In this document: positions 1 through 9,135 of the stretch, piece after piece
Position numbering within the stretch: the stretch's first letter is position 1
How the letters are laid out: each line of letters opens with the position of its first letter
Translations under genes and position numbers: made by a program
Origin: Parachlamydiales bacterium
Lineage (GTDB): Bacteria > Chlamydiota > Chlamydiia > Chlamydiales > SM23-39
Direction of reading: 5' to 3'
NCBI GenBank assembly: GCA_963800655.1
Contig: CAWDBT010000002.1
Span: 641,964 to 705,963, forward strand
Length of the DNA stretch: 64,000 bases
The notes under the pieces: generated by a model
Told to the model about the DNA's origin: nothing
Seen by the model: only the letters and a program-made list of their open reading frames with translations
The model's database searches: none

Positions 1-1625
1 CCAATGGAGACGCCGTCTTCGAAGTCGAAGGCAAAATCGTGACTCCGGAAGAAGGCGCAGCCCAAGTGCTGATGAAAATGAAAGAGACCGTCGAAAGCTA
101 TCTCGGAGAAAAAGTCACGGAAGCGATTGTCACCGTTCCGGCTTATTTCAACGACTCCCAGCGCCAGTCCACCAAAGACGCAGGGCGGATCGCCGGACTG
201 GACGTCAAACGGATTCTTCCCGAGCCGACCGCTGCAGCTCTGGCCTATGGGATCGACAAGCTGAAAACCGACAAGAAGATCGCCGTGTATGACCTCGGCG
301 GCGGAACGTTCGACATCTCGATCCTCGAGATCGGCGACGGCGTCTTTGAAGTTCTCTCCACCAATGGGGATACACACCTCGGCGGCGATGACTTCGACAA
401 CGCGATCATGCATTGGATGCTCGACGAGTTCAAAAAAGAGAACGGCATCGACCTCTCGAAGGATAAAATGGCTCTCCAGCGCTTGCGCGATGCTGCCGAA
501 AAAGCGAAAATCGAGCTTTCCGGCGTCGCCTCGACGGAGATCAACCAACCGTTCATCACGATGGATGCGAGCGGCCCGAAGCACTTGGCCCTCACGCTGA
601 CCCGCTCCAAGCTGGAATCCCTCTGCCACGACCTGGTCGAAAGAACAGTCGAGCCGAGCCTCAAAGCTCTGAAAGACGCAGGTCTTTCGACATCGGACAT
701 CGGCGAAGTGATCCTCGTCGGCGGAATGACGAGAATGCCGGCCGTCCAACAGAAAGTAAAGGAACTCTTCGGCAAAGAGCCGAACAAGAGCGTCAACCCC
801 GATGAAGCCGTTGCGATCGGCGCCGCCATCCAGGGCGGAATCATCGCCGGCGACGTCAAAGACGTCCTGCTCCTCGACGTGGTTCCCCTCACCCTCGGCA
901 TCGAAACGCTCGGCGGCATCTTGACCCCGCTCATCGAGCGCAACACCACGATCCCGACGCAGAAGAAACAGATCTTCTCGACTGCGGGAGACAATCAGCC
1001 GGCGGTGACCATCGTCGTTCTCCAAGGCGAGCGCAAGATGGCCAAAGACAACAAAGAAATCGGCCGATTCGATCTGACCGATATTCCCCCGGCTCCTCGA
1101 GGAACTCCGCAAATCGAAGTGACCTTCGACATCAACGCGGACGGAATCCTGCAGGTCTCTGCAAAAGACAAGCAGACGAATAAAGAGCAAAAGATCCAAA
1201 TCCAAGCCAAATCGGGCTTAACGGATGAAGAGATCCAGCGCAAGATCAAAGAAGCCGAGATGCACGAAGCGGAAGATAAACAGCGCAAGGAAGTAGCGGA
1301 AACCCGCAACGAAGCGGACACCCTCGCATTCCGCGCGCAAAAATCGCTGAGCGAGTTTAAAGACAAGCTCCCCGCAAACGTCGTCTCCGAGATCCAATCC
1401 CATATCGACGCTGTGAAAAAAGCGCTCGAATCGGACGATCTCGCTTCGATCAAGGCGAAAACGCAAGAGCTGCAAGAGCACATGCAGCGCATCGGCGAAG
1501 AGCTCGCCAAGAGCGGAGCATCCGCCGAGCAAGCCCAGCCGAATGCCGGCCCTTCAGCCCAAGCGAAGAAGCCCGACATCGAAGAAGCCGAAGTCGAAAT
1601 CATCGACGACGAAAAGAAAAAGTAA
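1..1625 (+). CDS. dnaK: Molecular chaperone DnaK (Hsp70), 5'-truncated by the window edge
   Basis: ORF 39..1625 stays open to position 1 in the same frame. Hsp70 signatures are present ([31 protein letters not shown]), along with the substrate-binding and lid regions and an acidic C-terminal tail. Confidence 0.97.
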   Translation, partial: NGDAVFEVEGKIVTPEEGAAQVLMKMKETVESYLGEKVTEAIVTVPAYFNDSQRQSTKDAGRIAGLDVKRILPEPTAAALAYGIDKLKTDKKIAVYDLGGGTFDISILEIGDGVFEVLSTNGDTHLGGDDFDNAIMHWMLDEFKKENGIDLSKDKMALQRLRDAAEKAKIELSGVASTEINQPFITMDASGPKHLALTLTRSKLESLCHDLVERTVEPSLKALKDAGLSTSDIGEVILVGGMTRMPAVQQKVKELFGKEPNKSVNPDEAVAIGAAIQGGIIAGDVKDVLLLDVVPLTLGIETLGGILTPLIERNTTIPTQKKQIFSTAGDNQPAVTIVVLQGERKMAKDNKEIGRFDLTDIPPAPRGTPQIEVTFDINADGILQVSAKDKQTNKEQKIQIQAKSGLTDEEIQRKIKEAEMHEAEDKQRKEVAETRNEADTLAFRAQKSLSEFKDKLPANVVSEIQSHIDAVKKALESDDLASIKAKTQELQEHMQRIGEELAKSGASAEQAQPNAGPSAQAKKPDIEEAEVEIIDDEKKK

Positions 1626-1635
1626 TTCTCCAGAA

Positions 1636-1665
1636 AGACCCGGGGGTCTCCCGGGTCTTTTTTTT
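1636..1665 (+). terminator. Rho-independent terminator after dnaK, at the convergent end of the LysR gene
   Basis: GC hairpin GACCCGGG-GGTCT-CCCGGGTC followed by T8. It lies immediately after the dnaK stop. Confidence 0.7.
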
Positions 1666-2521
1666 AACCAAAAGCTCTCCGCAATTCGCACAGCAAGGGC
1701 TCCAGCCGCTCGCCCATGTGCTTTCCCGCATTTCTATAGATCGCAAGGATCCGATAACAAGAAGCCTCCGGCTGCCATCCAACCGGCTGCAAATGCAGTT
1801 TCTGCGCTAGAAAATCGGGGAGAAATCCGACTTCAAGCGAATTCGAACAAATATTAGCGATCAAAAGCCAGCTGGGAATGCGCGCCTTCACGGGCAAGGC
1901 ATATCCATGCGCCTGCTGCCAGCTTTGCTGAAGCGAGAGCACTTCCATTTGATCTTCGGGCAATAAGACCGGCTTCAGCGGCGCTAGTCCATCGCTTGCG
2001 TAGAGCTGAAAGAGCCCCTTGCCGATTTCTGCGACACATACGTCTTTCCAGGGGGCGTTGTCCAACACCAGAGCGATATCGGCCTCGTCGTGAAGAATCG
2101 CAGCATATGCACGGTCTGGCCTCATATATTTGAAATCCATATGGTCGACGGAGAGAAGCGCCGGGACTGCGATCTGTGCGATCGCATGCGTCGTAACTAG
2201 GCGGATCGGCGCTCGATCTTTGGAAACGATCAAATCCCGCAATTGCTTGACCCAGTTTTCCAGCCTCGGGAAAAGGAGCTGCCCTTCCCGGGTCAGGCGA
2301 AATTGGCGTTTTTCATGCGCGCATAAAGGGACCCCAAAGGCCGATTCGACTCGCTGGATCGCCGTGCTGGCGGCGCTCTGGCTCAAATGGTGAACCTCGG
2401 CGGATTTCCCCAAACTTTTCATATGGGCGGCCGTGATGAACAGCTCCAAATCCGCCACCCTCAAATTTTTTAAAGAGTTTTCCATTTTCTGCAAGATTTC
2501 TTTCTTCGGAAATTCTTTCAT
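1664..2521 (-). CDS. LysR-family transcriptional regulator
   Basis: N-terminal LysR HTH (LRVADLELFITAAHMKSLGKSAEVHHLSQSAASTAIQRVESAFGVPLCAHEKRQFRLTREG) plus a substrate-binding-type C-terminal domain. It is divergent from the transporter at 2634. Confidence 0.9.
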   Translation of the reverse strand: MKEFPKKEILQKMENSLKNLRVADLELFITAAHMKSLGKSAEVHHLSQSAASTAIQRVESAFGVPLCAHEKRQFRLTREGQLLFPRLENWVKQLRDLIVSKDRAPIRLVTTHAIAQIAVPALLSVDHMDFKYMRPDRAYAAILHDEADIALVLDNAPWKDVCVAEIGKGLFQLYASDGLAPLKPVLLPEDQMEVLSLQQSWQQAHGYALPVKARIPSWLLIANICSNSLEVGFLPDFLAQKLHLQPVGWQPEASCYRILAIYRNAGKHMGERLEPLLCELRRAFG

Positions 2522-2633
2522 AATCTCATGCTCACTTCAAATCGATTTTTTCGAATTTAAATATCTAATCTATCAATGAAACAAATAAAACTTAAAGGAA
2601 TATCCTGAGGTTTCTCATAAAGGAGTCGAACTT

Positions 2634-4034
2634 ATGGAACAACCGATGGGAATCTTAAAAATACTGCAATCGATCTGCCGATTTAATTTCGGAATTTTCG
2701 AAAAAGAAGAATTTAAAAAATTCTTAAAAATGGGGGCCGTATTCGCCCTCATCATTGGAATTTATTGGACGCTGCGCCCCTTGAAGGACGCCGTGTTCAT
2801 CCAAATGGTGGGAAAATTCCAACTGCCCTTTGCCAAAACGGTCTCCGTATTGGCGCTGCTGCCGCTCGTGATCTGCTACACGAAACTCATCGAGAAAACA
2901 TCCAGGGAAAAAATGCTGTTCATCCTCCCCGTCTTTTATGGAGCGAGCCTTCTATTGTTCAGCCTGTTGATCCTGGGCTTCCAATCGCCCGTCGAACCGA
3001 CTGCGTCTTTTCTTTGGATCGCCTCGAGGCGCATCATAGGCTACCTGTTCTACGTATTCGTCGAGAGTTTCGGGTCTCTCGTCGTCGCGCTCTTTTGGGC
3101 GTTTGCGACCGATACCACCGATCCAGTTTCTGCAAAACGGGGGTTTCCCCTCGTCGTCGCCATCGGCCAGCTCGGGGGCATTGCATGTCCCTACGGCATT
3201 GGAGGCCTGCCCTGCCGCCTCCATTTGACGACCGACGCCCTCTCTTTGGCCCTTCTCGGATGCCTGACATTCTGCATCGCCTATCTGGTGCGCTATGTCC
3301 TCAGATCGACTCCGAGTCGCCTCATGGCCTCCCTGGCCGGCCCAACCGCCCCGCAATCCCATCGGGAAGAAGAACCCGGCTTTCTGGAAGGCCTTAAGCT
3401 GCTTCTTAAAAACCGCTATCTGCTGGGGATTTTCGCGGTCAATTTCATCTACGAGGTCGTCATCACGATCTTCGATTTCAATTTTAAAATCGCAGCGAGC
3501 CAGCAATATTCGGGCGTCTATTTGAGCAATTATTTAAGCCTCTATGGATCGAGCGTCAATATCGTCTCTTTGTCCTGCCTGCTCTTGGGGATTAGCAATG
3601 TGACCCGCTTTTTGGGAATAGGGTTTGCCCTCGCGGCCATGCCCCTCATCGTCGCTTTCGCCCTCGTCGGGTTTTTAAGCCTCGACAGCCTCGCATTCCT
3701 GTTCATCCTGATGGTCGGATCGAAAGCGGTGAATTACGCCTTAAACGGCCCGGCTCTAAAGCAATTGTACATCCCGACATCGCCGGATGCGAAATTCAAA
3801 GCTCAGGCATGGATCGAAACCTTCGGTTCCCGCTCGTCGAAACAGGCCGGATCGATGTTCAACATGTCTTTAGCCCCTTTGCAAACGGCCTTTGGAAGCG
3901 CCATCGGAAGATCTCACTACCTCGCGCTCAGCGGAATCCTCTGCTTTCCCCTGTTGGCCCTCTGGCTCGCGACGGCGATCTTTTTGAGCAGGTCTTTCCA
4001 ACGGGCTGTCCAAACCAATCGGGCGATCTGCTAA
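2634..4034 (+). CDS. Divergent NTT/TLC-family (ATP/ADP-translocase-like) membrane transporter paralog
   Basis: Multi-TM 466-aa protein. It aligns by eye block-for-block with the N-half of the ntt gene at 20397: EFKKFLKMGAVF..YWTLRPLKDAVF vs ELKKFLPMFLLF..NYTILRDTKDTL, and ESFGSLVVALFWAFATDTTDPVSAKRGFPL vs [30 protein letters not shown]. Confidence 0.75.
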   Translation: MEQPMGILKILQSICRFNFGIFEKEEFKKFLKMGAVFALIIGIYWTLRPLKDAVFIQMVGKFQLPFAKTVSVLALLPLVICYTKLIEKTSREKMLFILPVFYGASLLLFSLLILGFQSPVEPTASFLWIASRRIIGYLFYVFVESFGSLVVALFWAFATDTTDPVSAKRGFPLVVAIGQLGGIACPYGIGGLPCRLHLTTDALSLALLGCLTFCIAYLVRYVLRSTPSRLMASLAGPTAPQSHREEEPGFLEGLKLLLKNRYLLGIFAVNFIYEVVITIFDFNFKIAASQQYSGVYLSNYLSLYGSSVNIVSLSCLLLGISNVTRFLGIGFALAAMPLIVAFALVGFLSLDSLAFLFILMVGSKAVNYALNGPALKQLYIPTSPDAKFKAQAWIETFGSRSSKQAGSMFNMSLAPLQTAFGSAIGRSHYLALSGILCFPLLALWLATAIFLSRSFQRAVQTNRAIC

Positions 4035-4136
4035 GAAACGCGAATATGCCTCCGCCTAAAGGCGGGGGCTTCTAAGGAGTTCCCCTCGTTCTTCTTATAT
4101 CTACGATGGGCATAGATATTGATCTTCAGTAAGCCT

Positions 4137-4165
4137 TTGAAAAAAATCTCTTCGACGCGCATAAT
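4137..4165 (+). promoter_or_regulatory. Putative sigma-70-type promoter for the tolC-like gene
   Basis: TTGAAA-N17-CATAAT, about 30 nt upstream of the ATG at 4197. Confidence 0.35.
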
Positions 4166-4196
4166 CTCTCGCTTATCTATTGTTTTAAGATAAAAA

Positions 4197-5474
4197 ATGA
4201 AACGGATTCTTTTTTTTCTCGCGGCAAGCGCTTCCCTCTATTGCAAGCCATTGGATTTATCCGACTGCCTGGCCGAAGGTTTGGCCCATAGCAAAAAACT
4301 CCAAGGCGCCCAAGCGCAGATCCTTTTGAGCGAAGCTATCGCCAATCAGGCTCTCGCTCCGCTTTTGCCCCATTTCGATATAGACGGCAGATATGAATTG
4401 AAAAATCATGGGCGCGATTACAGCGTTTTCACTGAATTCGGCAGCGCGTTTTCCGCTAAGACGATTGGGGTGACCGCTCGCTGGATGCTTTTTGATTTTT
4501 TCTCGTCCTGGAATAAATACCAGGCTGGCAAATGCGACATTCGGATTTCCGAAAAAAATTACCAAAAGCTCAGCTTGCGACTCGAAGAGGAGATCAAAAT
4601 CGCCTACTTCAAACTGCTCCAAAACGAACGCAGCGCAAAGGTCATGGAGGACTCTGCAGCGAGGCTTGAAAAGCAGCTCGCATCCCAGAGAGAACTGTTT
4701 AAGCGAGCCACCGCCTCTTCATCGGATCTTCTCGCTCTCCAAATGCAGCTCATCGAACAGAAAAAGAACCTGCTCCACGCCCACGGCGAAACCATCCAAT
4801 CGAAAATATTTCTAAACTCCCTTTTGGGGCGCAATATCTTTTCCCCTCTGGAACTGGCGGATCTTCCCATCGATAGCTATCCCGAACGATCTTTGGAATT
4901 GATGCAACAGCAAGCGCTATCGAATCAATGCGATATCGCCGTCCTCAATGAGAAGCTCAGATCCCTCGACCATCTATTGAAAAGCGCCCGCGAGGCTTTT
5001 GCTCCCAGCTTGTTCGCCTTCGGAGGCTACCAATATCTCGACGATGCGCCTCCCGCATCCGATTCGTGCCATGACTCCAGCCACAATTGGATTTCCGGAG
5101 GGATCGGGGTAACTTTTTCCCTCTATGACGGGGGCAGGAAGCGCTCGGAGCTTCGAAAAATCGAAGCTCAGATCGCAAGCGTCAGGGCAGATCTCGAAGA
5201 CTTAAAGTACAGCGTCTTAAAAGAAGTAAATCAGCGCTATCTAAAATGCAAGGGAACCCTTGAGACGATCGGACTTGATGGCGATGCAATCCGGCTTGCA
5301 GAAGAAAACGTTCGCGCTGTTTCAGAAAGGTACTCCCAAGGACTCGATTCTCTCGATCTTCTACTCAAAGCCGAACAGGCCTGTATTCGCGCTCAAACCG
5401 CTAAAAATGACGCTATCTACAGCTATCATATCGACCGCGCCCATCTCGAGACTGCACTAAACGGCCTTCTCTGA
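4197..5474 (+). CDS. TolC-family outer-membrane efflux protein
   Basis: Has a signal peptide. The two-repeat coiled-coil/beta-barrel architecture is typical of outer membrane factor proteins (LSDCLAEGLAHSKKLQGAQAQ..., C-terminal ...AKNDAIYSYHIDRAHLETALNG). Confidence 0.85.
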   Translation: MKRILFFLAASASLYCKPLDLSDCLAEGLAHSKKLQGAQAQILLSEAIANQALAPLLPHFDIDGRYELKNHGRDYSVFTEFGSAFSAKTIGVTARWMLFDFFSSWNKYQAGKCDIRISEKNYQKLSLRLEEEIKIAYFKLLQNERSAKVMEDSAARLEKQLASQRELFKRATASSSDLLALQMQLIEQKKNLLHAHGETIQSKIFLNSLLGRNIFSPLELADLPIDSYPERSLELMQQQALSNQCDIAVLNEKLRSLDHLLKSAREAFAPSLFAFGGYQYLDDAPPASDSCHDSSHNWISGGIGVTFSLYDGGRKRSELRKIEAQIASVRADLEDLKYSVLKEVNQRYLKCKGTLETIGLDGDAIRLAEENVRAVSERYSQGLDSLDLLLKAEQACIRAQTAKNDAIYSYHIDRAHLETALNGLL

Positions 5475-5494
5475 TTTTCTAAAGCGATAGTCTC

Positions 5495-5543
5495 AGAGGG
5501 CGTCTATAAAGAGCGGCTTCGTCGATTTTTGTAGACACCCTCT
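5495..5543. repeat. PAL-A palindromic repeat, full hairpin copy
   Basis: AGAGGGCGTCTATAAAGAGCGGCTTCGTCGATTTTTGTAGACACCCTCT. It has 16-nt imperfect inverted arms, and the last bases overlap the stop codon of the minus-strand gene at 5543. Confidence 0.85.
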
Positions 5544-7027
5544 CAACATTCCAAAGCTCGAGCAATTACAATATTGTGATAGATCACTGTCTGTGCAGTT
5601 GGATCATAATAAAAGATAGGGACATCGAAATTGGAGGCATCTTCTTGGAAAGCTTCTCGAATTTGAGAAAGAACGGTTTCATCGAACACAAATCCTTTTC
5701 TTTTTAAGCTATCTTCGAGGGCGACTACAAACTCTGAAATCATCTGCTCTTTATAACCAATATGACATTTGTACACTTGATCCAATAATTGAGAAGTTCT
5801 TATCGGCACAATGCGGGCTTTTTCTCTCTTGAGTTTTTTGCATGCTTCTTCAATTTTTTGGCACACTTCCCGAGATAAGCCTCGAGAAAATTCAGTTGCG
5901 TCTTTTATTCCTAAATTTTCCAAAATTTTGAAATAATTACAAAAAGGTTCGATTCCCATCGAGGGATCAAACCAGATTCTATTGACCCCTGTTTCATCAA
6001 CCCGCCAAGCAGTTCCGTAATTTGGGTCGAAAATCATCGTCGGATCAGAAGTCGCAAACACCTCTGCATCGATGACCGTAGGCTCGCAGTTGCGAACTAA
6101 GATATTTTCATAATGAAGATCGGAAATACCCAACCTAAGCGCAATTTCGTCTAATAAAACAAGCCTTTGAAAATATTCAAAAAATTTATCCGGATCGGAA
6201 AAAGTGTTTTCTTCTTTCTTATTTTCCAAAAATTCACAGTATCCATATGACCCGTTCCTGTCTGATTTGCAAATCACTTTATAAGTTCCAAATCCCGCCA
6301 CTTTCAGCACGCTATCTGTCGTATCGCAAAGAAGCCTCTCGGGTTCCGTAGAACGCGGTTTATAGACGATTTTACGATGATTATCGAATTCGATCAGGAG
6401 GGGAATTCTTCCGCGATTATGAGTTTCGCTTCCAAGAGGATAAATAGTCTTAATAAAATTATTTGGTCCAATCCCTAGACATTTCAATTCGCCTTTTTGA
6501 AGATCGATTTTAATTCGATCCCGAGCCTCATTTACGAATTCTAAATGGTTTGCGCACACTCTATCCACAAACTTCTCTTTTTCAAGAGCGGAAATATTTG
6601 AAAAACTCGAAACATTTGTTACTCGTCCAGTTAAATAAGGAATTAAATTACAAACATCGGATTCTCTAAGATTTTTTTTCGCAAAAGATTCGGCAATCTT
6701 TAGAATTCGCAGATCTATATCTCTTAGCTTTTGGCAATATCTATTGAATAATTTTTTATCAGAACATCCTATCATACCCTTCAAAATCGCGCCTTCTTCT
6801 TTCCGAATCGATTCTATTTTATTTACAAGATCGGAAGAGGAAAACTCCGAGGATTTTTTTAACAAACAAATAACACGGCACGGGAAATTTACGGCAGAAC
6901 ACAGGATCGAGAAAGAAGAAGCGATCACAGATCTTGCAGAACTCAAAGCTAGGCCAACCCCACAAGAGAGCTCTTTCCCACCAAAAAAATAAGGGCAAAT
7001 TAATCTTGCTGAATGTTCAACTGACAT
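5543..7027 (-). CDS. Stand-alone LanM-type dehydratase/kinase-like (DUF4135-like) domain protein; effector candidate
   Basis: The motif LGISDLHYENILVRNCEPTVIDAEVF matches the DxHxxN catalytic loop plus downstream metal-binding Asp of class II lanthipeptide synthetase dehydratase domains. There is no LanC cyclase part. The gene is AT-rich relative to its flanks. I chose the start at MSVEHS (7027); the ORF is open to 7084. Confidence 0.55.
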   Translation of the reverse strand: MSVEHSARLICPYFFGGKELSCGVGLALSSARSVIASSFSILCSAVNFPCRVICLLKKSSEFSSSDLVNKIESIRKEEGAILKGMIGCSDKKLFNRYCQKLRDIDLRILKIAESFAKKNLRESDVCNLIPYLTGRVTNVSSFSNISALEKEKFVDRVCANHLEFVNEARDRIKIDLQKGELKCLGIGPNNFIKTIYPLGSETHNRGRIPLLIEFDNHRKIVYKPRSTEPERLLCDTTDSVLKVAGFGTYKVICKSDRNGSYGYCEFLENKKEENTFSDPDKFFEYFQRLVLLDEIALRLGISDLHYENILVRNCEPTVIDAEVFATSDPTMIFDPNYGTAWRVDETGVNRIWFDPSMGIEPFCNYFKILENLGIKDATEFSRGLSREVCQKIEEACKKLKREKARIVPIRTSQLLDQVYKCHIGYKEQMISEFVVALEDSLKRKGFVFDETVLSQIREAFQEDASNFDVPIFYYDPTAQTVIYHNIVIARALEC

Positions 7028-7133
7028 ATTAACCCGCGCTGTTAATTTATTATTTATTATAACATTTAAATTAATTATAAACAAAAGATTAAATTAACAC
7101 AAAAACACATGTCGCTTATAGCGAATAACTTGC

Positions 7134-7206
7134 GCTTACAACGAAACCGCTTCAAGAATCGGTCTTGGACTGCGCTAAAGCGGTTCTTGAAGTAGTTTCG
7201 GTATAT
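7134..7206. repeat. PAL-B palindromic repeat, full hairpin copy
   Basis: TTACAACGAAACCGCTTCAAGAATCGG...loop...CGGTTCTTGAAGTAGTTTCGGTATA. The arms are about 25 nt. Confidence 0.85.
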
Positions 7207-7243
7207 TCGAAAATTTCGATGCGATGGGGAACCCCAAAAAGGG

Positions 7244-7909
7244 TCATGCCGGATGGGTCAGCTTTCCATCGGTCAGATGGATTTGCCGATCGGCCATATT
7301 GGCAAACTCAGGGTCATGGGTGACGAGGACAATCGTCGAGGACAGCTCCTTCTTCGCCTTAAATAGAATGTCGATGACCAGCTTGGCATTGGCGGAGTCC
7401 AAAGAACCGGTCGGCTCGTCGGCGAAAATATACTTGGGAGACATGACCAAGGCGCGGGCAATCGCGACCCTTTGCGCTTGTCCCCCCGAGAGCTGCCTCG
7501 GCAAATGGCGGATCTTTTCTTTCAGATCCAATTGCTCCAGCAAGTGGAGCGCGAAATCCCTTTTTTCCTTGGCGCGGTTTTCTCTGCGAGCGGGAAGCAG
7601 GACATTTTCCAATGCGGAAAGCTCGGCGATGAGGTAATGAAATTGGAAGACAAAGCCCGCTTTTCGGTTGCGGAAATCGCAGATCTCTTCGACGCTCATC
7701 TCTTCTATTTTTCTCCCATCGATCTCGATGGAGCCGAAAGAGGGCTTGTCGAGGGTGCTCAATAAGTACAAAAGAGTGCTCTTGCCCGATCCCGATTTCC
7801 CGGTGAGCGCGATGAATTCTCCATTCGCGATCTCCAGATCGATCCCGCTCAATATATCCGCGGGGGGATCTTCGATCCGTTTGCCCGCTTTGATAGCTCG
7901 AATTCCCAT
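7244..7909 (-). CDS. ABC transporter ATP-binding protein (MacB/LolD/DevA type)
   Basis: Walker A GKSGSGKST, signature LSGGQAQRVAIARAL, Walker B IFADEPTGSLD. There is a 1-nt start/stop overlap with the permease gene. Confidence 0.92.
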   Translation of the reverse strand: MGIRAIKAGKRIEDPPADILSGIDLEIANGEFIALTGKSGSGKSTLLYLLSTLDKPSFGSIEIDGRKIEEMSVEEICDFRNRKAGFVFQFHYLIAELSALENVLLPARRENRAKEKRDFALHLLEQLDLKEKIRHLPRQLSGGQAQRVAIARALVMSPKYIFADEPTGSLDSANAKLVIDILFKAKKELSSTIVLVTHDPEFANMADRQIHLTDGKLTHPA

Positions 7910-9135
7910 TAGTCGGCTCCAGAGCGAATGATTTCAATCGGAGTTAGTTTTTTTGCGAAACGAGCCGGAAAAAAGCTCGAGACCCCGGAAGCGATCAATC
8001 CCAATAGGATTGCATCGATGTAAATGTCCGCGCCGAAATAGAGCGAGCAAAACTCCGGCGGCAGAGATTTTTCGATGCCGACCGAGATAACATAGCCAAA
8101 CCCCGCTCCCAACAGCCCCCCCAGCAATCCAAGGATCATCCCTTGAGACACAAAGAGCAGCATGATGCTCCCCGGGCGATACCCGAGAGATTGCAGGATG
8201 GCGATATCTTTTTTCTTTTGCACAACGGACATGTTGAGGACGTTGTAGATCCCGAATCCGGCGACGAGCATCGTGATCCCCGTGACCGAGAACCGAATGA
8301 GATCGTTGATCGCAAACGCCCGAAAAACCCCGGCAAAAAGCTCCTGCCAGCTCTCTATTTTTTCTCTTCCGAGACAGCTCCAGGCGGACGCGATGCTAGA
8401 CGCCTGGGAGTGATCGCGCAGCTTGACCGCGATTTCATTGATGCAATTCGGTTGTTTGGCCGCCCCTTGCACATCCTCCAACAACCCATAGGCGCACAGA
8501 TCGAGCATGTAATTCTTCGATTTGAAGATCGCAGCGATTTTAAACGGGACGGGGGGATTCTGAGAGATCGATACCATGACGGTCTGATTCAATTTTACGT
8601 TGAGCTGCTGGCGCAAAGCCTCTCCGATCGCAAGGCGGTTGCCGCCGATTGCAATTCCCTCGAAAGATCCCTGCGTGATGTGCCGTTTGAGGTCTCTGAC
8701 CGCCGTCTCCTGTTCGGGATAACATCCGATCAAAGAAGAAAATGCGTCTTCCTTTCCTTTGGAAAAAGAGGCCATCGCAGACAGCCTCGGAGAATGCGAC
8801 TCCACTCTGGAATCGGCCCCGAAGAGCGCGATCCATTTTTTCGGATTGTCTATCCCTTCGCTTTTCTCATGTTTCACGGGGGGCGAAAGCCAAGAGACCC
8901 CGAGATCCTCGGGATAAAAAAACCGGTTTAGCTCGTCTTCTCGTATGGGCTGTTTTTGAGATCTGATATAAAGATGCGCTTCGTTGCTGATCAGCTCCTT
9001 CATGAAATACTCCCGCCAGCCCAATAAAAGGCTGGATAGAGCGACGAATCCGCACGTCCCTAAAACGATCCCCAGCAGGATAAAACACGTCTGTTTTTTC
9101 CTGGCCAGCATGTAGCGAAACGCCAACGAAATCAT
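7909..9135 (-). CDS. ABC transporter permease, FtsX/MacB/LolCE (DevC-like) family
   Basis: N-terminal TM, a large periplasmic domain, and a C-terminal 3-TM FtsX-type module (ILQSLGYRPGSIMLLFVSQGMILG). Confidence 0.88.
   Translation of the reverse strand: MISLAFRYMLARKKQTCFILLGIVLGTCGFVALSSLLLGWREYFMKELISNEAHLYIRSQKQPIREDELNRFFYPEDLGVSWLSPPVKHEKSEGIDNPKKWIALFGADSRVESHSPRLSAMASFSKGKEDAFSSLIGCYPEQETAVRDLKRHITQGSFEGIAIGGNRLAIGEALRQQLNVKLNQTVMVSISQNPPVPFKIAAIFKSKNYMLDLCAYGLLEDVQGAAKQPNCINEIAVKLRDHSQASSIASAWSCLGREKIESWQELFAGVFRAFAINDLIRFSVTGITMLVAGFGIYNVLNMSVVQKKKDIAILQSLGYRPGSIMLLFVSQGMILGLLGGLLGAGFGYVISVGIEKSLPPEFCSLYFGADIYIDAILLGLIASGVSSFFPARFAKKLTPIEIIRSGAD

Noticed and set aside
245-1603. Long antisense and alternative-frame ORFs inside dnaK (245..994, 995..1603, 1218..1532 and others).
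   Set aside because: They lie entirely within a strongly supported gene and have low-complexity Ser/Arg/Ala-rich translations typical of the opposite strand of GC-rich coding DNA. I recognised no motif.
7173-7247. 24-codon ORF (MTLFGVPHRIEIFEYTETTSRTAL) with an ATGA overlap on the DevA-like stop. I considered it as a Thr/Ser-rich precursor peptide for the adjacent LanM-like protein.
   Set aside because: Most of it is encoded by the PAL-B repeat itself and it has no Cys residue or leader-like features. It is most likely a by-product of the repeat insertion. It is flagged only so that it can be excluded by sORF or peptidomics data.
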